The position numbers and the translations under genes were made by a program. This document shows, one piece after another, positions 1 through 9,744 of a stretch of DNA of 18,141 nt. The DNA lies in NCBI RefSeq assembly GCF_006345805.1, contig NW_021824589.1, positions 1 to 18,141 on the forward strand, written 5' to 3'. A model generated the notes under the pieces. That model ran no database searches. It had not been told where the DNA came from and saw nothing but the letters and a program-made list of their open reading frames with translations. Origin of the DNA: Octopus sinensis. Its lineage: Eukaryota. Position 1 is the first letter of the stretch. Every line of letters starts with the position of its first letter.

Positions 1-19
1 ATCTATACAAATTGAGATA

Positions 20-146
20 ATCTCCGAAGAGGCCTTATGACATCTTTGTAAATGTCTCATTTATATCTCTATATTGACCTACCATAAAAGGCTGATATTG
101 GTAAAATGAGACATACTTATCTACATGGCCGAAACAGCTGTAAGAT
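20..146 (+). ncRNA. Type I hammerhead ribozyme motif with U4C core variant and long stem II insertion
   Basis: ATCT(20-23) CCGAAGA(24-30) GGCC...GGCC(127-130) GAAA CAGCTG TA AGAT(143-146). Stem I is ATCT/AGAT, stem III is the palindrome CAGCTG, and the stem II insert contains an 11-bp helix ATGTCTCATTT(52-62)/AAATGAGACAT(104-114). Confidence 0.6.
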
Positions 147-386
147 GTAATCTATATTTATATTTACTTATATTTATATTCTCTTTTTTATATATATTCT
201 ACTTATTATACAACATTACTCTTTTATATACACTTTTTATGTGCATTCCTTTATGTACACTGATTTGTTCTGCTTTTTTATGTAATGGTTTAATAAAGTA
301 TGTGATTGAGTATTATCTGGTAATTGATATTTGATTTAGATGTATTTCTCCATTTTCTTATCTTGTATATATATATATATATTGGC

Positions 387-456
387 TCCCTACTGACGAT
401 AGCTAGCCTCACTGAATATTTTTTTAGCGGAATGAGTTAGAAACCATTGTCTAGGA
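387..456 (+). ncRNA. Type I hammerhead ribozyme motif
   Basis: TCCCTA CTGACGA(393-399) TAGCT...AGTTA GAAA(440-443) CCATTG TC(450-451) TAGGA. Core is canonical, stem I is CCTA/TAGG, stem II has 5 bp with one GU, and stem III is one change from a palindrome. Confidence 0.65.
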
Positions 457-595
457 ACTAAATTAGATAGTAAACGTTTTAAATTTTCAATCCTTTCGAG
501 AATTTATCCATAATTAGTGGTTTGAGTTTTCTACTGCTCTTTCTAGCACAAGACTTTCCTATTTGGAAGCCTCTTAATGTGTTCCAATGTACACG

Positions 596-644
<49 letters not shown>
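596..644. repeat. (TA)n microsatellite
   Basis: Direct reading. Confidence 0.95.
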
Positions 645-647
<3 letters not shown>

Positions 648-1127
648 GGACAAACGGTATTGGAATGTTTAATTTATCGTAAAGCAGCGGTTCGGGAATT
701 AAGACGTAACAGAGTAAGTTTCGGTTTCCATGGTGACAGTAGCAACAATGCATGTGAGAGACAGCTCTGTGTGTCGTTTACTGTTTTTTTGTCTATTTCT
801 GTCTTGGCTTATTGGTTAAATCTATATTTCACTGCTCGCCTCATAACTCGGTTTTATAAATCGTTCGGTCTAAAGAGCTTGTTGTTCTCTTGTTATTGTG
901 CTTCTCCTTTCGGTGTTCGTCTGGTAGCAGCGTTTATTTATAACACAGCCGTGTGTATTGTTGATATCGCGAAATTGAATAGGATTATCGTTAGGTATGG
1001 AAAATGTGCTAAAAGTTGGTCGATAACGGATGAGGAATGGAGAATGGCCACGCATATTTTTTGTTATTTTTTTCATGTTTTTCTGCATGGTTCCTTATCG
1101 TCCGCAATGTGATACATTTTTATTATC

Positions 1128-1411
1128 ACTCACACACAGGCACTGACACAGACATACACACATACGCACACACATACACACACACACACAGAGGCATATG
1201 TGCCTACATACATAGATGTGTATGTGTGTAAGTCATATGTAATCTGAAAGGTGTATATCTGTGTGTGTGTTTACATATATATATATATATGAATATATAT
1301 ACATATGAGTGCGTGTATGTGATTTTACATACATACATACAAACAAACTCACACGCACACACACACACACATACACACACACACATACACACACACACAT
1401 ACACACACACG

Positions 1412-1449
<38 letters not shown>

Positions 1450-1450
1450 G
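1128..1450. repeat. Compound (CA)n/(TA)n/(TG)n microsatellite
   Basis: Direct reading; explains the HTHT/CVCV ORFs. Confidence 0.95.
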
Positions 1451-1789
1451 GGAGAATTCACACAAAAATATAAAACGAAATACGAAGACAGGTGATGTAG
1501 ACAACAAACATGTTTTAGTATAACGCTCAGGAAGTGAAAAAGTCTTTAACATTTCAGCTAGCGATCTATCATGGCGAATACACACAAACATATACATAAA
1601 CACGCACACAGACACACACACGCACACCTATTTATATACCATGCTAATGAAATGTATTTTTTGAATTTTCACTGGTGATATTTGGCAACTCGAATTTCCA
1701 TATTATATCATTAATTTGACGTAAATTCTTAACGAGTCGTTGCTAAAGTTTTATTCTTTATTTTCATACGAACATTACTTGTTAACAAA

Positions 1790-2720
1790 AATTTCATTTT
1801 TTGCAACTTCGATATTAAGTGGTGATAAAATTGCAATTACAGCCTTTGGAAAGGATAGCCGAGTGCAAAGTCAGCGGCAAACGAAATTATTAACGTGCAA
1901 GGTCTAGGAATTCTCAACAAACGTGTAACAGAAAACAGCTTCAGACAATTCTAGGCAGGTGACACCTGCATAGAAGACAAACCAAGGTCAGAGAGATCGT
2001 CTGTTGTGGAATATGAAGTCTCGCTAGAAACAGCTGAAGAGCAGTCAAGCACAAATACCATTACGTTTTCGGTAGAACTTGGTCTTTCACACAGTACAAT
2101 CTGTGGACAGCGCCTTAAACTCAGCCTTGTGAAGAGACGCTGTCGAAAAGCCCCTAATGAACTGACCGATGACAAAGCTGACCGGCGTGTGGACATTTGT
2201 AAGCAACTGATGGCAAATTCTCGAGATTCAAGATTTGGTCGTCGGGTTGTAAATGGAGATGGAAAATGGATCTATTTTCGTAATGCTACTACGGAGAATC
2301 AGTGGTTTTATTGCGGATAAGCTTCGGGATCTATTGTCAAACAAAGAATTTGAACAGAAAGTCATATTCTGTATTTGGTAGAATTTCAGTGGGAGATGAT
2401 GCACTTTGAGCTTGCCTCTGATGGTCACATTTTTAACGCTAATCTTTGTTCGCAACAACTTCAGCGATTATATGATACTTTGGAAGTCCGCTAGCTGCCA
2501 TTGCTCACTCGAAAATCAATGTAATCTTCTCTTCAGGGAAATGAAGAAATGACTATACATATCCATCATATTCTGTTACAATATCTTATGGACGAGTTTC
2601 ATTTTAATTCCCTGAAGAGATTACAATGTTCTACACCATTTTATTCATAAGGAATAATACCAGTAATATCTTCCAAACATGTGTCGGAAGTAAAAGAATT
2701 TGAATACAACCTGCGTTTAT
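1790..2720 (+). pseudogene. Decayed mariner (Mos1-type, DD34D-like) transposase
   Basis: Translation gives GDTCIEDKPRS (HTH linker), APNELT (degenerate WVPHEL), RRVDICKQL, VNGDGKWIYFRN (IVTGDEKWI motif), KVIFCIW and HFELASDGHIFNANLCSQQLQRL, with stops and frameshifts. TIRs were not identified and the ends are approximate. Confidence 0.85.
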
Positions 2721-2724
2721 CTTC

Positions 2725-2727
<3 letters not shown>

Positions 2728-2764
<37 letters not shown>

Positions 2765-2790
2765 TATTATATATAATATATATAATAATA
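2728..2790. repeat. (TA)n microsatellite
   Basis: Direct reading. Confidence 0.9.
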
Positions 2791-3295
2791 ATAAGAGTAA
2801 ATAATTTCTTCGATGGTTTTTCAGACAACCAACAATTATTTACCGGTATATTTCGGTATGTAAATATGACCTTTAGCGGCGGGAACTTCTGTAGAGTTCG
2901 GTATATATTGTATATAAGTAGAAGGGCAGGCAACATGTTGCTTTGCCGCATACCGAAAGAATTAGAAATAGGAGTTAGAGACTGTTTATTTCCATTTTCT
3001 ACAAGTGGGGCTCCATATACTACATAACCCTGCAATTCACATACGCAAAATAGGACGAATAAATAAACGAAAACAATGCCTTACCGTTAATAGCGAACAT
3101 GTTTCTAGATCGGAGGTGAGAAAATGCCTTATGTCTTTCTTCAGCGCCATCTTCGATAGATTTATCAAATGCCACCAGCCTCCACCAGGCGACATCAAAT
3201 AGTGGGAGAAAATGGAAATAAAAGTCTCTGACTGCTATTTCTAATTCTTTGGGTATGCGGCAAAGCAACCTGTTGCCTGCCCTTCTACTTATATA
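2791..3295 (-). mobile_element. Penelope-like pseudo-LTR fragment: ~90-bp inverted repeat enclosing a hammerhead
   Basis: 2911-3000 is the reverse complement of 3207-3295 with a few mismatches. The HHR lies at 3089-3151 in the spacer, and (TA)n arrays border both sides. The PLE assignment is inferred from architecture. Confidence 0.6.
3089..3151 (-). ncRNA. Type I hammerhead ribozyme motif
   Basis: Minus strand: GATGGCG CTGAAGA AAGA...TCTA GAAA CATG TT CGCTATT. Core is canonical, stem I has 7 bp with two GU, stem III is the palindrome CATG, and the first stem II pair is an A.A mismatch. Confidence 0.7.
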
Positions 3296-3557
3296 GATAT
3301 ATAGATATATATATAATAAATATATATTATATATATATATATATATAATATATATATATATAATATATATATATAATATACATATATATATATATATATA
3401 TCATATATATACATATATACACACATATATACATGTACGTATATATCAGTGTATCAATATGTTTATCTCTTTCTCTCTCACTCACTCTCACTTTATATAT
3501 ATATATACATACATACATACACACAACGCACACATCACACACAATACACACACATAT

Positions 3558-3619
<62 letters not shown>

Positions 3620-3835
3620 TATATATATATATTTATCTATTTGGTCATATTCCAGAGTAGCAAATGCGGCAGAAATTGCTTGCAGCCTTGCTGTATATAT
3701 GTGTGTATATGTATGTGCAAGTATGTATGCATGTATGTATGCATGTATGTATGTATGCATGTATGTATGCATGTATGTATGTATGTATGTATATATGTAT
3801 GTATGTTTGTATGTATGTATATATGTATGTATACA
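3296..3835. repeat. Compound (TA)n/(CA)n/(TATG)n microsatellites
   Basis: Direct reading; interrupted by short unique stretches. Confidence 0.9.
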
Positions 3836-4189
3836 CTCATATTTGCATACATATTCCATGTTATTTATTTTCCAGAATATGGAATGGACCATAAAATGTT
3901 TATCTTACATACTATGGAGAATATGATGTGCTAAGCATTTATCGATGCAACAATTGATTAAATTTTTATGGTTTGCAAACACAATATTTCAGGTGTGTTT
4001 AAAAATGTTGCTATAATTCCAGGATGCTATTAAATAATTGTAAACAGAAGGAACCCCCATAACAAAAGGAAGACAATACTTTATATTTTAAAACTAGCAT
4101 TTCAGAAAGTTAGATCGAGAAAAACTGTCGAGGATAGAATATCTAATGCAAAACCTGACATGAATAAATAAGTCAGTTGAGTGATACAC

Positions 4190-4475
<286 letters not shown>

Positions 4476-4726
4476 ATCCTTCGTCCGAGGAATCTAATGC
4501 TCTTAGCTTAGATTTTACTTGGGGCTGGCCAGATTAGAGCGATCTCAAGATTGATCAGCCGAAATTGCGAGGATGATCCGGTTCTTGACTGAAGATTAAA
4601 GGCTTCGTATGACCGTTCGTGTTTTTTTTTATCGTCTATTTGGATGTTTTGCGTTGTTGTCATAATTTGTATATTATATATATATAGCGGCGTACGTACA
4701 CTTTATTCTCCCTTATATATATATAA

Positions 4727-5020
4727 AATTCATTTAAATACCCAGAGAATAGGAAGAAAACTAGCCTAGCAAAATATGTCTGGGAACTAAAAGAAAAGGA
4801 AGCCCCACCTTTCAACGTGACATGGAGCATTCTGGACAGGGCGGCACCATACAGGCATGGAGCTTACAAAAATAATTTCAAGTGCAAGCTTTGTCTATTA
4901 GAAAAAATGTACATCTTATTCAAAGACAATAATTCTTTGAATCAAAGAAGCGAGCTAATGAACTTATGTAGGCACGCGGCTAAATTTAAAATGTCGAATA
5001 TAAATATACCATATGGATAG
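4727..5020 (+). pseudogene. C-terminal fragment of a Penelope-like GIY-YIG endonuclease, 5'-truncated
   Basis: Open frame NSFKYPENRKKTSLAKYVWELKEKEAPPFNVTWSILDRAAPY...CKLCLLEKMYILFKDNNSLNQRSELMNLCRHAAKF* matches the recalled PLE EN tail pattern T-L-x-x-Y-(V/I)-W-x-L-K...W-x-I-L...C-x-L-C-L-x-E-K...L-N-x-R-x-E...C-R-H. It begins directly at a (TA)n tract. Confidence 0.85.
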
Positions 5021-5093
5021 AGTATATATTTTGTATTTTTGATTTTGATTTTGACTCTTGAACGATGAGCGCTACGATGGATTTTGTTTCCAA

Positions 5094-5119
5094 GCTATAC
5101 GGATCTTAATCCGTATAGC
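5094..5119. other. Perfect 11-bp hairpin in the PLE 3' UTR
   Basis: GCTATACGGAT CTTA ATCCGTATAGC. Confidence 0.6.
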
Positions 5120-5829
5120 ATAGTCTAATGTTTCTACATATATATTAGGAAAAACCTCCAACTTTGTTTTCATGTTATTGTATTATATAGGATTACCTTG
5201 ATTATTTATATTACCTTAATTATTTATAAATGACCCAAAATAGGATGTTATATTTTATTTTATATGTCTTTCGTATATATTTTTATTAATGCACCCATTT
5301 TTTTTTTTTAAAAAGCAATGTTTTTTTAAAAAAAAGCAATGTTGTCAAAATTAGAATGGTGATATAAGTATGTGCATAGCAAAGCATATGTATTTGTAAG
5401 CATGCGTATCTGTGTATGTGTAAGTGAAAGTATGTTTGTGCTTAAGCACACATATACACGACTGTATCCATTCAAACTTATGTATGTATACTTGTCTCCA
5501 TATATGCCATAATGCCGTTACACTGCTTGTATACATAATTTTTTCTTATTTCGTTTTTTCCCCACCCCTCCTTCGTTCCTTTTTCTCTCTCTCCCTTTCT
5601 TTCGTTCCCCCCCTTACTCAGTATATGAGAATCGCTACATAGATCTTTTTTAACTTGCGTGCGAGATGGTTTTTGCGTGAATATATGTACACATGCTTTT
5701 ATGTGTATATTTAGATTATATTCATACGTCTGTATATGTATGGCGTTTGCACGCATAATTTTGTGTATGTTTATATATATTGTAGATTTTAATATAATAT
5801 GTATTGCAGTGTAATATTTATAACAGGTT

Positions 5830-6159
5830 TAATTCTATGCATTAATTTGCACTTTCTTCATTAACGTCAATATGTATTTATTCAATGTAAGGTTTTTTTC
5901 CTCGGATTTTATAAATTTTATAAGTTTTTTATATATATATATACATATATTTTTGACCTTTTTGTTTATCGCTCGAAGATTGACCGTTTTTTCTAAAGGG
6001 CCAATCAAACAAGTCCATTTCTTTTTAAAGGTGTAGCGTTTGTAAGAGTATAGATTGAATTGATATATCGGTTCCATTCTAGCAAAAACTGTCTGATGAA
6101 CGGCAACGAGAAACTCAGAGTAACAGATTTTGTTGAATTTTCTGCTACTTAAAATAAAG

Positions 6160-6193
<34 letters not shown>

Positions 6194-6585
6194 AGAGAAT
6201 AAATTGTAGGTACGCCGCTATATATATATAATACGAGCAGTACATCCCAACGAGAAAGCTGGAGAAAGAATAGAAAAGAACAGATATGTGGAAAAAGAGA
6301 AGAAAGTAAACCTCCCTTGAGGATATCAGAATAGACATGACACAGGATTTGAAGTGAATAATAGAGATCATAGGAGCAAAAGAAGCCATTATGAGAGAAC
6401 TCAGCAAGGCAGCGTTTACTGACATGATCAATAGAGAACATCTACCAAAGCTCTCAAACAACATAAAAAATTAACAACATAATCATGATATATAATATTG
6501 CTCTTAGACAGATTTTAAGAAATAAGGGAAATGACCTAACAACCTTAAATAACTTCATCTATTCCATGGATAAAATATATTTTAG
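5830..6585 (+). mobile_element. Probable Penelope-like fragment: AT-rich UTR, hammerhead, then decayed purine-rich ORF start
   Basis: HHR at 6077-6137, (TA)n, 26-bp motif at 6195-6220, then a coding-like frame with stops (EDIRIDMTQDLK*IIEIIGAKEAIMRELSKAAFTDMINREHLPKLSNN). Protein identity is not confirmed and the boundaries are approximate. Confidence 0.45.
6077..6137 (+). ncRNA. Type I hammerhead ribozyme motif
   Basis: TTCTAGCAAAAACTGT CTGATGA(6093-6099) ACG GCAA CGA GAAA(6110-6113) CTCAGAG TA ACAGATTTTGTTGAA. Long stem I, GNRA-capped mini stem II with an A.A closing mismatch, and stem III CTC/GAG. Confidence 0.75.
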
Positions 6586-6599
6586 CTGCAAGCAAATTT

Positions 6600-7640
6600 T
6601 ATTGACGTCAATGTGTTCGTACTGAATTAGTCTTTGTCAAAATGAAGTGAGGAAAACAACATCCATCATGTGGTGTCCGTTTTCATTGATGCATTTCTCA
6701 AGGCGTTCTTAGAAGTTGGCCTCCACTCTCTTCAACATTGCTCTGTCGATTGGGGCGACTTCCACGCGAATAGCTTCCTTCAAATCGTCCAATGTACGGG
6801 GTTTATATGCATACACACATGCCTTGAGGTTTCCCCACAAGAAATAATCACACATAAATAAATCAGGGGATCGAGGTGGCCAAGGAATGTTAACAAACCT
6901 GGAAATGAGGCGGCCACCGAAGTGAGGGTGAAGAACATCCACTGATGCTCTGGCTGTGTGGGCCGTCGCCCTATCCTGCTGAAATCACATATGTTAAATC
7001 GGCATACATTTCCATAATTTAGGTACAAAGAAACTGTTTATCATCTCGATGTAACGGTCGGAGTTACAGCATTTCCATTATTATCTTAAAAAAAAAGTAA
7101 CGACCAATGATGGCAGCTTTTATAGCACCACACCAGACCCTCACTTTCAGGCTGTGTAGTGGTCTTTTCTGCAGTTCTCTCAGATTTTTAAGAGCCTTGT
7201 AACGACACTTCCGTTGTTTCACTATGCCACTCAGATGAAAATGAGCTTCATCCCTCATTAACAAAATGAGGTTGCCTTTTGTCACAAAAATTGCTTCCAT
7301 TTAACGTGCGAAGTTAAACCACTGTGCGTAGTCACATCGTTTCAACTGTTGTCCTACGATCAATTTGTACGGGTGGAAATGCAAGTCCTCATGCAAAATA
7401 CGTCTTACTGATCGATTACCGATGCCAAGTTCAGTGGAATCCCTCCGAACCGAGCGATTCGGACTCCGTATCAAAGCTTGTCTGACGCGTTTCACATTTT
7501 CCGGGATCCGTACTGTTCGTTGTGCCCCCACCGGTCTCCTATTCATTAGTGTACCTCGTGTACGAAGTGCATTCACCCAACGTAAGATTGTTCTACGGGT
7601 GGGAACAGCCTGTTATCGGTGAATGTTCACGTGGCACCAA
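6600..7640 (-). pseudogene. Decayed Tc1/mariner-superfamily DD41D (rosa-type) transposase
   Basis: Minus frames give RTILRWVNALRTRGT...RIPENVKRVRQALIRSPNRSVRR...RRILHEDLHFHPYKL, then DEAHFHLSG...PLHSLKVRVWC, then FQQDRATAH...WPPRSPDLFMCDYFLWGNLKACVY. I counted 41 residues between the second and third catalytic D. Confidence 0.9.
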
Positions 7641-7872
7641 AACGACCAGGGTGAGTAATAGGATGATTAAGGGGGATGCTAGGGAGAGAGGGGGAAGTTG
7701 GAAGGGTAGGAGGAGATGTTTCTCAAACCTCCTTCTCCTTTAGCCCGTGGTATAATTGAGAAAGGTATAGGAAAGGGTATAGATGGGGGCAGAATTTTTA
7801 ATTGTACCCCAATTAAAGGACACACTGAAATCATTGCATATTTAGAAGTTCTACAAGATTAAAGTATTGTTA

Positions 7873-8047
7873 GTGTGTTTACGTCCCCGTAAGTTAGCGG
7901 CTTGGCGTAAGATACTGATACAATAAGTTGTAAGCTTAAAAAATAAGTCCTAGGGTCGATTTATTCGATTAAAAATCACCCGCAAGACGGTGCTCCAACA
8001 TGGCCGCAGTCAAAGAACTGAAATACGTAAAAGAATAAAAGAATAAA
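7873..8047 (+). mobile_element. tRNA-SINE family A, 3' portion
   Basis: GTGTTTACGTCCCCGTAAGTTAGCGG...GGTGCTCCAACATGGCCGCAGTCAAA...AAAAGAATAAAAGAAT tail; homologous in reverse to 8826-8950. Confidence 0.7.
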
Positions 8048-8267
8048 GACAGAATATCCTTGTATGTTGCTTCGTGTGCATATGCAAACTCCCTTCCATG
8101 GACATATGTGCATATATCTGCACTTGCACAAATATATATTTACTCCCCTAACATTCCTTGTAGAGTTGGATTCTCTTTTTATTTTATATTTCATCGTTTC
8201 AACATTTCCTGACGCCGTAATTGTATTTCATTTTATAAGTGATAATTTTCTTTTGGCCGTGCCTTAT

Positions 8268-8299
8268 CTCAATCTGAGGAACCCACCACGCGAAACTAG

Positions 8300-8301
<2 letters not shown>
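8268..8301 (+). ncRNA. Truncated, decayed hammerhead motif ending at its cleavage triplet
   Basis: CTGAGGA(8274-8280) ACCCACCACGC GAAA CTAG TC followed immediately by (TATC)n. Stem II does not pair and the 3' strand of stem I is absent. Confidence 0.4.
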
Positions 8302-8390
<89 letters not shown>

Positions 8391-8470
8391 GTGTGTGCAT
8401 GTACCTGTGCTTGTGTGTGTCTGTGTTTGTGTGTGTGTGTGTGTGTGTGTGCGTGTGTGTATATATACAC
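8300..8470. repeat. (TATC)n followed by (TG)n microsatellite
   Basis: Direct reading. Confidence 0.95.
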
Positions 8471-8825
8471 GTATATATGTACGTAAGTAATTCTCATTTT
8501 ATGTTTATTCCGAAATAAAAGAATCCGTAAAATTTATTCTGGATTTCATCCTTTTGTTAAATATTACTTTTCCGTACACATATTTGTTTAACTTTACGTA
8601 AACAGCTGATGTGTGCCGACTTTGTGGGTCCTGTGGTCCCAAAAAGAATTATCTGTTTATTGTAGCCCTTCTTAATTCTGGAACTTCAACAAAAGAAGAT
8701 AATGAGTTTTGGAAATCTTCCGAGAGATGTATATGAACTGAAACTGTGATGTCATTGTTTCGTCTTTTTACCAATTCTCCCTTTCTTCCTACATTTATCC
8801 AATCTGCTGCCTAAATTATTTCGAA

Positions 8826-9085
8826 TTCTTTATCGCTTTTACTTCTTTCAGCAATTTGACTGGGGCCGTGATGGAGCACCACCTCGAAAGGCATTTTTGA
8901 AAAGCCTAATACTTATTCTATCGGCTCTTTTTTCCGAACCACTAAGTTACCAAATCCGCTCACAAGGCTTTGGTCGGCCCCAGGCTATAGTAGAAGACAC
9001 TTGCCCAATGTGCCACGCAGTGGGACTGAACCCGCAACCATGTGGTTGGTAAGCAACCTACTTACAACACAGCCACTCCCGCGCC
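8826..9085 (-). mobile_element. tRNA-SINE family A with internal deletion
   Basis: Minus head GGCGCGGGAGTGGCTGTGTTG (A-box-like) and GGGTTCAGTCCC (B-box-like), with a body matching 11316-11479 and 12116-12261, joined at 8948-8950 to a tail matching 7873-8047. Confidence 0.8.
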
Positions 9086-9096
9086 TATATTATATA

Positions 9097-9732
9097 CTAG
9101 CAGTATCGCCCGGCGTTGCTCGGGTTTGTAAGAGAAATAACTATATAAGCATTTTTAGAGAGTTATAGCCAAAAAATAGCAAAAAATGCATTAAAAATGG
9201 AAAAAATATGATGGTAATTTTTTTTAAAAATCGTTGACTCATCGTAGACATTTTTAGAGAGTTACTTCCCTTATATAATAGACGAAAAAATGCATTAAAA
9301 TGGAAAAAAAAAAAAACGATGGTAAATTTTTTTTAAATCGTTAGACTCATGTAGACGCTTTCTTAGCCATTTCTGTTTTGGTGTCTTCAAGCCATGAAGT
9401 CGTTGTTCTAAAAGAACACTGGTCTCCTTGAACGCATTACGACGTTGATTTCCTTACACTCCCTTCCCCACAGGTGCAGGTGTGAGCGGGACGCCAACTC
9501 CGCTGCCATCGACACACGAAAATTATGCATAAAATGGAATAAAAATGATGTTAAATTATTTTAAAAATCGTAGACTCATCGTGACGCGCGCTATATTCAG
9601 ACGGGGCTCGATATAATCACGACTATAAGCTACCCGAATTTGGTTAAACTGTACCGCAAAAATGGGGGGAGTAGTTAGGAATCTAAATCGAAGGGGACAG
9701 ACACTCAACAACTACAGTTTTATATATATAGA
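9097..9732 (-). mobile_element. Non-autonomous Helitron, 636 bp, both termini intact
   Basis: Minus strand starts A|TCTATATATATAAAAC and ends CCCGAGCAACGCCGGG (hairpin, 9109-9124) CGATACTG CTAG|T. It is inserted between A and T with no TSD and has internal ~105-bp imperfect repeats. Confidence 0.9.
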
Positions 9733-9744
9733 TATACATAGCGC

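Noticed and set aside
522-1112. 196-aa plus-strand ORF and the overlapping minus ORF 870-1088
   Set aside because: It starts at TTG and runs through (TA)n, with no recognisable motif on either strand. It may be a decayed repeat, but I could not assign it.
2029-2620. CTGAAGA cores at ~2032, ~2529(-) and ~2612
   Set aside because: They lie inside the mariner remnant with no matching GAAA or flanking helices.
4556-4610. Possible permuted hammerhead AGCC-GAAA...CTGAAGA...GGCT
   Set aside because: Stems I and III cannot be formed, and stem II needs a 5-nt gap.
5055-5075. ACGATGAGCGC as a hammerhead core in the PLE 3' UTR
   Set aside because: Two core mismatches and no downstream stem II partner or GAAA.
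5835-6464. 209-aa minus-strand ORF
   Set aside because: Low-complexity antisense of a purine-rich repeat; it crosses (TA)n and has no domain motif.
7478-7500. GAAA-CGCG-TC on the minus strand
   Set aside because: No upstream CUGANGA; it is part of the DD41D coding remnant (VKRVRQ).
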